Shown: piece after piece, positions 56,157 through 64,000 of the stretch
Layout: the number at the start of each line of letters is the position of its first letter
Numbering within the stretch: the first letter of the stretch is position 1
Assembly: GCA_001949185.1 (NCBI GenBank)
Contig: BDGG01000001.1
Location: 2,807,324 to 2,871,323 of the forward strand
Source: Ramazzottius varieornatus
Taxonomy: Eukaryota > Animalia > Tardigrada
Length of the DNA: 64,000 nucleotides
Direction of reading: 5' to 3'
The notes under the pieces: model-generated
Seen by the model: only the letters and a program-made list of their open reading frames with translations
Database searches by the model: none
Told to the model about the DNA's origin: nothing
Position numbers and translations under genes: made by a program

Positions 56157-59100
56157 ATGGACAAAGATTGCTGTCGCCATTCATGGCATCAGAACAAGAA
56201 AGAACCTGCATCGTCTCTGCGCTTTGCCTCGCTACGCTGCCGGCTGTTGTTGAGCCTGGGACTCATCTGTTGCTCGCTTCACGGAGCTACGGCTCATCTC
56301 CTTGAAAATCGTGTTTACAATGATGTGGCCAAGTCTTTTGATAGCCAGATTATCCACCTACCGGATTTGCAGACTATCATCGACAATGTGGTCATGCGAG
56401 TACACTGTAGCAGCCTTGACCGGAACACGTCCACTTGCACTGGATACAATGTCGGTTTGTCAAAACTTAATTGCCTCTGTCCATGAAACTCAACAGGTGG
56501 TTCTTGAAATCAACTGAAACCTTTCTTCGTGGTTATAGTGTGTGAAAGCGGACAGCGTCTTCGCCCAAGCCGGTTACATCCCAGGAACCGAAATCTTGAC
56601 ACCGCAAACTTTTGCTGGCGTTTCGGTACCTGTTCTGGTGCAAGTTCTGAACCCTCAGAAATACTGCGATTCTGGTCGAGGCCCATTTCCGTGCTCCACT
56701 CCATCGACTGTTCAAGACAGGCTGGACTGTTGGAGCCGACAGCTTCTCGGCAATTCTTCCTCTGGCATTTTCACGGAGAGCGACCTGGATCGCATTCTGG
56801 CAAGACTAAGTCTGACCTACCGCCCGACCACAAAAGATCAAATTGCCCAAAGCAAAGTACGTAAAACCCGCCAGAAAATAACACTTTTCCAAAAGGATTT
56901 CAGCTTTTTAACTTTTCTACTAGAAACTGACGGCGTCCTCGGTTCTGGCGGACCATCTCCAAGTCCCCAAGGGAAGCCCTATACAAACGCAAAACATTCC
57001 AGCGGTCTCGGCCCTCATCATTTCCCAACTGTTCAATGGTGAGATCTGGACAGACAAGAAAGAGGTTCTCATTAAGGACAGGAGCTTTTCTTTTTCGCTA
57101 ATGTCGAAAAACTGACTTTCCCCGATGAGTGACGATGAAAACTTCCGTATTACGATGTTATAAGGTGCATAGACCACTTAGACACAGAACTCCATAAAGT
57201 TTGAGCGCGCGCCTTAGCCCATAATTCGGCAAAACCGAAAATCATGAAAGGTGCCGAATTGCCCTAACATGCACTAACCATCAGATCGTCTCCATATTTG
57301 GATGCTAGATAAAAAAAGATATTCCCAGCCACATGCATCCAATCCAGCCCTTTCGGCCAGTAATAACGCTCTGTAGACCACTTCTAAACTTTCAAGCCCA
57401 TTTTGCGGCCGTTATTAAAATGGATTGAATGTATGTGGCTGGGAATGTCATTTTTTACCTACCATCCAAAGTTGGAGACGATCTGATGGTTAGTTCAAAT
57501 ATTGGGCCGATTCGGCACCTTTCATAACTTCGTATTCTGCCGAACTATGTTCATGGCGCGCGCTCAAGCCTTATGGCTTTCTGCGCCTAAGTGGTCAGTA
57601 CACCCATAGGATCGAGATACGGCAATTGCTTACCGACGCTCATGAGGGTAAGTCAGTTTTTCGACATTAGCGCAAAAAGAAAGCTCGTGCCTTAATCCAT
57701 CTCATCATATTCTTTGACAGGATTACCCATCGGAGCTTCTGGCAAACAACAGCACGATCAGGTCGACACGAACATCAGCAGTCTGACGCCTAACTTGTTC
57801 ATCGCCCTATTGTTTGATGTGGATACGGAGACCGGTTTCGCCTTGTCGGACGAGCGTAGGCATTATATTCCCGCTGTTTGGTTCCTTCTATAATATCTTC
57901 GATTTTTGGGTTTTCAGGTCTCCACAATATCGCCAAGAAGCTGAATATTGGAACAACTGTCGATCACAACCACGGGCATCATCGAGCAACGAGAAGCGTC
58001 GCAGCGCATCACGAGGAAGAGCAGGCGAAACCCTTCAACAGGACTTGCTGGTCGCTGGATACTATCCTAGCCGCGTACGGTGTACAAGAGAAGAAGCCTC
58101 TCACGCAGAACGAGTTCGAAAGTAATTAAACTTGATTACTTCAGTTTCCGGCTAACGACTAAAGATTCGCATATCTCTTTACAGAATTGTGCCCGGCGCT
58201 TATACAGCAGACTTTCTATGATGCATGCGAACCCTCCTTGTACGATGTATCTCAGGAGGCTCTCTCTACTATTACCGATGCCGAAAGTACGAAGAAATGG
58301 TTGTTGCTCCCATTGGTTCGAGAAATCAGAATACGATGTAATGGCTGGTTACAGAATATGGCTACGGAACAGTTGCAGTAGTCACGATATGTGCTTTGTC
58401 TTTGCTCGGCATCGTGTTTATCCCGCTGTTCAAACGGCGGTTTTACGAGAACGCATTACAAGGATTCATCGCGCTTGGAGTTGGCACTTTGAGCGGCGAT
58501 GCACTTCTCCATTTACTACCGGAAGTGAGTTGACCTATTGGGTCTCTCTCCTAGTTGAGGTTCATAGTTTAATGTGAATTTTCTTGTAGGCTCTCGCGGG
58601 ACATAAGGAGGAAACAGGCAAGGGCGACAAAGATTCTGAAGAAGCCAAGGACCTGACGGGACTATGGCGAGCAACCGCCTGCCTGGGAGCCATATATGGG
58701 TTCTACGTGTGGGAGACCGCACTGCATTCTCTGATCAGCCATCGGAACAAACGCCGTCACGCTCACGGAGATCAAGACCATCCGCACGATCACCACCACC
58801 ATGGCGAGGGAGGCCACCACGACCACTCACACATCCCCGACCCGGATGCATTCAAGGCCGCCATGGCTCATCCGAATGAGGCAGTGGAAGTTTGCGCTGG
58901 ACCGGAAATGGCAATAAAGGACTTGGGTAGTGATGGGAAGAGCCCTGAAGTTGTTATACACAAACGACGTGATGGCATATGCGGTAAGTTCTCTTCTTGC
59001 TGCGGTATGGATCGAATAGGCAGATGTCAAATCGAGGGGTTATTTTCCAGGGATGACGCCCTTGGCTTCCATGCTACTGCTCTCTGGATGTCTGCATAAC

Positions 59101-59670
59101 TTTGCCGACGGCCTGACTATCGCGGCTGCCTTCTCGGTAGACCTCAACTCCGGTATCTCCACGAGTATCGCCATCTTCTGCCACGAAGTTCCTCACGAAC
59201 TTGGTTTGAGACTTTCTCATATGTCTTAGAAATGTTACCGTATGCGGTCTTTGTATGTACAGTATAAATATGTCATCATATTGCTTGTTTCTCAGGTGAC
59301 TTTGCTGTTTTACTCGGCTCGGGAATGAGTTTCAAACGAGCAATGATCTTACACGGACTGACGGAAGCTTTCTCGCTCGTTGGTTTCTACATTGGTATCC
59401 CGATCTCTGAAAATGAGTCTGCTCGACAATGGATATTCGCGGTGGCCGCCGGGATGTTCCTCTACGTGGCTCTGGCCGATATGGTAGGTTCTTCACCCGT
59501 TCCACATTTTGTAACGAATTTCACCTTTGACATTCCTTTCCTCGCAGCTGCCAGAACTGAAACATGGAGCCAAGAGCATGACCATGGTGATCGTTCAAAA
59601 CATTGGGATCTTGCTAGGCTTCGCTATCATGATCACCATGGCCGTCTTCGAAGATGCAATAAAGATATAG
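56157..59670 (+). CDS. SLC39/ZIP zinc transporter, LIV-1 subfamily
   Basis: Signal-like N-terminus, CPALIQQ (CPALLY-type motif), [16 protein letters not shown], His-rich loop [41 protein letters not shown]|[19 protein letters not shown]|LPE. Confidence 0.93.
57076..57691. mobile_element. 616-bp foldback MITE with ~270-bp imperfect inverted arms, GG...CC ends and TTAA target duplication, inside a ZIP intron
   Basis: ttaa|ggacaggagcttttctttttcgctaatgtcgaaaaactgactt ... aagtcagttttttcgacattagcgcaaaaagaaagctcgtgcc|ttaa. Inner arms also pair (ctaaccatcagatcgtctcca / tggagacgatctgatggttag; attcccagccacat / atgtggctgggaat). Confidence 0.9.
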
Positions 59671-60120
59671 ATGTATCGGACAAAGTACGAAAAGCGGCGA
59701 GCAGATTTTATGCAATGTAACGGCGGAATTTTCTCTCACAGGTTCGAGCTGGAAGCAACAAATTTGCATCCCTGGAACTCGCGTTTCTGAACAATTCGGC
59801 ACACTCAGATTTCACCGTACGAAAACCTAATTTGCAACGATGTCTTTCGTACATTCATCTATCCCTACAGCGTATATTCTTGTTCGAAAACGATGGCGGA
59901 AAGCTTGACAGTAAAGAGTTTAATGAGAGCTACATTCCCGAAAATATATGAAGATGAGAATAATACCGAGAAAACATTAAACGACGAACCAAGTTACCGC
60001 AGCAAATCAACCGTATGAAATCCATTGTATAAACTACGCTATGAAGAAAGGGAACTAAAACCATGGAGCGGTGCGAATTTTACTGCTAGAGAAGATAATG
60101 CCGAAAAAAGAATTGCTGAC

Positions 60121-61237
60121 TTAGCGCTTTCCCTTGTTGGAGGAGGAAGTGTCGTGTTGAATGGGGATCTCGTAGTGGTCTCCGTCCTTGTTGGTTGGTT
60201 GTTGATACGGAGCCTCCAGCGACAAGACGCCATTTGGAGCCAGACGAGACTTCATGGCATCGATTTGCATCCCTGGAAAAGCGCAGCATAATTTGTACAT
60301 ATCATATGTACGTACTTCAGTACTTGGATCGTAAACGAAAAACTGATTTTAATCACCAAATCAATCAAGTCGCAAAAACTTGATCGTTCTCAAGTGGCGC
60401 ACGTTTATCAATCCAGTAACATAGAAAACTGCACCACCCGAGATAACGATCATCCCAAAATTGTTTGCCGGCCTGCCTAGTCTCAGACGGATCAAACTGC
60501 CTGGGCTTAAACTGAAGTTGCGAAAGACTTTAGAAAAAGAATGTTTGTGCAACAACGAGGAAGTACCGGAATCAGAAAATCGCAGGCCTGTGTGCTTACC
60601 CGGTGGAACGGCGACCATGCGACGGAACTCGCGGATAGCAACGTGGTCCTGAAGAAAGCACACATCAGACAGCTGTTCAATGATATTATGCTACACAAGC
60701 CACTTGGTAACTCACTTCACCCTTATCCTCATGACGAGCAGTGACGGTCACAACTCCATCGTTGGTCTTGACTAAAAAAGAAAGATGCGTAATAATCCCG
60801 CACATCAACGATTCAATGGCAAGAGCACTGACGGTAAATAAGCTTACTGGTAATATCGTCCGGGCGGAATCCCTTGACATCGAACTGGAATTGAGCCAGT
60901 TGCTGTCCGTCTCGCTCGATGAAGTTGGGCATGGTGCGCAGGCTACGATCCACCATCGATCCGACGTTCTGGCCACCAAAGCCACCAAACATCATGTTCT
61001 CCATACGGGCCAGATCACGAGCCATGGTGCGGATCTACGGGACAAAATGCAGTTCAGTATTTCACCAGCCACAATCAAACCTCCAGCCGAAGCTGGACTT
61101 ACTGGGTCCACGAAGCCACCTCCAAAGAATGGCTCCATCTCATTTCCGCGATGGCCATGATGATGACGACGATCGCGATCCATTTGCTGGTTGTTGCCGC
61201 CATAGCCGTTGTCGTATCCGTACTGTTGCATGCTCAT
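60121..61237 (-). CDS. Small heat-shock protein (alpha-crystallin domain), 5 exons
   Basis: FDVKGFRPDDITIK, VTVTARHEDK, REFRRMVAVP, SRLAPNGVLSLEAP, C-terminal IPI motif. Q/G/Y/N/H-rich N-terminal arm. Confidence 0.93.
60366..60470. repeat. Intronic palindrome family A copy (sHSP intron)
   Basis: tgatcgttctcaagtggcgca-N28-tgcaccacccgagataacgatca..tttgccg. Confidence 0.82.
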
Positions 61238-61730
61238 GGTTGCGGCTAGGTTCTCTACGAAGACGGAAGAATTACGGAATAGAAAGTTCGCACGAGGACG
61301 AAGCAAATTCTTTAGCAGAAGATGCTGTTGGAACGAAAACTGGAAAAAGGCAAATGAGTTTCGCGAAAGATCTGCGCCTTTATCCGTGTGGTTATCATTG
61401 GTGGCTGGTTGTGGGCTAAGACCGGGGAAAATCCAAAACTTTGGCACGCCCACAACACGTGATGCATGGAACCTTTTTGAGTAAAGTCACGTGTCCCCTA
61501 CTTGACTGTCGTCACCGTGACATCACAGATGTGATCTTGAGTCCTGACTGCCATGCCGATTACAAGTCCTTTCCAAGTTTTCCAAGTTTCTCGCTTTCCA
61601 AGTTTTCTCCCAGTCCCAGGCAACCATCCAGGAAAGCTATGCCCTGTAACCACTATCGGGATGACCGAGCTAAGTATTGCAGACTGGAAGTTTTTACAAG
61701 GATTCAAAAGGACAACAGCTCAGGTGGTAC

Positions 61731-62317
61731 TAAGGTTGCAAATTCCTAATTCCATTCCTTTCCAAATTCCGTTCCATTCCTGGAATTCCGTTCCGTTCCG
61801 AGGGGTAGCCGTTTGGAACGGTGGAATTCCTATTTGGAAAACTAGCAAAAATCGGAGAAAATTTAGGAATTCCACGAGGTAAACAGTCGAAGATCCAGCA
61901 GATTCTGTCGAAAAATTGAACCCGATGCTGGCTCACACATGCGTACCACTAAGGCCAATTGGTCGTTCAGCTGAACGACCAATAGCATTTTCGATCCGTC
62001 GCACTAAAGTATGCGGCGCATTCAGCTGTGCGTAAGACGTTGATTTTCCCTTGGACTTTCAGGTCCGACAAGACCGAAAGTTCGGATCGGTCAATCTCCA
62101 GCTGGCTTTCAGTCTTAAAACCAATATTTGTTGATGACTTCAGATCATGTTTACTGTTTTAGATGGGTATGTAAAAAGAACTAAACTGGCAAATGGGACT
62201 TTGGAATTCCGGATTTTTGCGAGGACCTTCTGGAGTAGAAAATAGGAACATAGTAATATTAGGAATTCCTTTCCTATTTTCCATCCAAGGGCATTCGGCC
62301 TGGAATTTACAACCTTA
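61731..62317. mobile_element. 587-bp non-autonomous hAT-like element with 8-bp target site duplication
   Basis: TSD ggtggtac at 61723-61730 and 62318-62325. TIRs taaggttgcaaattcc / ggaatttacaacctta. Many subterminal (gg)aattcc/ttcc repeats. Confidence 0.88.
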
Positions 62318-64000
62318 GGTGGTACGGTAGTTTCTCAATTAACACTCTGCGTACGACCGTCCTCTTTGTGTATACAATGACTCAGTTTTATTCACCTCCC
62401 AGTTTTAGCTTTTGGTCTTTCGGGTCTGGGTTTTTTTTTTTGCATGTACCTCGGTCTTCTCACCAAAGCAACACCAATGACCAGTGGTCAGCAAAACCTC
62501 AGCACGCTGGAAATTTTTTCTACGGTTTCGGGTGGTTTGGTGAAATTTGGTGTTTCGTCTCTTTGCGCGAGACACGTGCACAGTATTCGCTTAGAAAAAA
62601 ACCGGAGCACTGGGGACAGTCTTATCTATCGAAACCGAGCCTGGGATAAATTTTGTAGTCATCAGTGCGGTCAGAAGAAAATCAAGAGACCAGTTCTCCC
62701 TTTTGAGAGACGGCGTTCATGGCCTGCCCATTATCCAAATTATGAAATTCGGAAAATTGTCTATTGGTCGGACCAGCCTCCGCAATACGGTACCTACCAA
62801 TAGAATTCCTGTATACACAAAGAGGACCTTAGTATTCTGCGGACATGAAAACGATCGTGCTGAAAATGTTAAGCTGCAAGTCTGATTTGTAACTTCCCTT
62901 CTCGCACTATTTTTCTCATTCCTGCGCAAACTGGCAATTCTGAGCTGCAGATTCCATGGAATAAAACAAATAAAGCAATGGGGAGCTCCGACTTGGCGCA
63001 TTATGACTTGGATTGGATTAATCGGGTTTATCGTGCCGGACTTCGTGTAATATGGCACTCCACCTTTCTCTTCGTTGTTGCCAGCGTCGGTACTTGGATA
63101 AAGTTCCCCGCTTGTGGCCGCTGAACGACGTGCGGTCGTCACAACACCAAATTAGCGAAATCCTTCGCCTCTATCCTTCTTCGTTCGACAACCAAGTTGC
63201 ATGTTTACAGGCGAGGATGGCGCCACTGGCGTTTTCATCCATGCATCCACTTCAGACTGTAACGCAAACCCCACAACCTTCGTCGGAGTCCGGCTCGTTC
63301 TCGCATTCTTCCACCGCTTCCTCACCCATTCCTGTGATCTAATGCACGAGCATGAGATCACTACAGTCCGGTCGCTCGAAATCTGGTACCTGATTTTTCG
63401 ATTTAAAAATGAAGGAATCGTGCAAAATTAACGATACTGCGAGCCATACCGACACAGCCGGTCCACATGCGGGTTGATTACTTGATCATATCAGTAAAGC
63501 TACGGTACAATTTGGGTCTAATGTAATTTCGGCCTTGGCTTGTCGTGCTGTATGGCGAATGTATAGCAGACTTCAAAACAAAATCGGAGAAATAGGTACC
63601 AGATTTCAATCGACCGGACTGTATTGAACAGTTCGCTGACGGTCAATGACTGCGGTAGATTGTAACGAGCGCACCCCTCTGTACTCAGGGGTCCTTCAAG
63701 CCATGCATGCTAGCTCTTGCTAGAATAACTGCCGCTCCGGATGGTTATATCTGATTCACAATTCGTCTCCAACTTAAATATTTGGGAAAGGTTATCTCGA
63801 TCAACCGCATCCGGATGACGGACCTGACCATTGAAGAGCGGAGATTTCTACGTTGGTTTGAACTGTTCAATCTTCAGAACCCTGCTGTTGTATCCGGATC
63901 CGATTCGAGTTGTGTCCATCTACCATGGACTGAGCCGGATCAGTTGCAACGGTATGCGAGAGTTCCTCCGTTGTGTTTTTCCTAACCGCTAAATGCCACA

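Noticed and set aside
61560-61610. ttccaagtt tandem repeats as a heat-shock element
   Set aside because: 9-bp direct periodicity does not fit alternating nGAAn pentamers or 10-bp step-type HSEs.

Overview
Gene-dense eukaryotic (animal) DNA with many short GT-AG introns. Compactness, balanced GC and gene content suggest a small-genome invertebrate such as a tardigrade (inference only). I reconstructed genes by joining ORF fragments across splice sites by eye. In order: a secreted two-domain thyroglobulin type-1 (thyropin-like) protein; a ~1,000-aa, 13-exon Q/N/G/R/F/D/Y-rich disordered protein with an N-terminal LOTUS/OST-HTH-like domain and a thrice-repeated WxHTDLDKIDTHLF motif; a truncated GCP5 (TUBGCP5)-like gene head-to-head with two tandem CLASP paralogues that both appear to lack TOG1; a NIT-domain receptor guanylate cyclase; CRH-binding protein; PhzF/PBLD; mitochondrial ClpX; RUNDC3; WDTC1; lysosomal alpha-glucosidase; a small orphan secreted protein; a LIV-1 ZIP zinc transporter; and a small heat-shock protein. 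Non-coding structure includes three MITE-like elements with TA, TTAA and 8-bp target duplications, a probable degraded LTR-retroelement relic, and two families of fixed-spacer palindromes (17 copies seen) that occur only inside introns. Top leads: the LOTUS plus prion-like repeat protein as a candidate condensate or germ-granule scaffold, the intron-restricted palindrome families, and the truncated GCP5/TOG1-less CLASP microtubule cluster. All homology calls rest on remembered family motifs; no searches were run.
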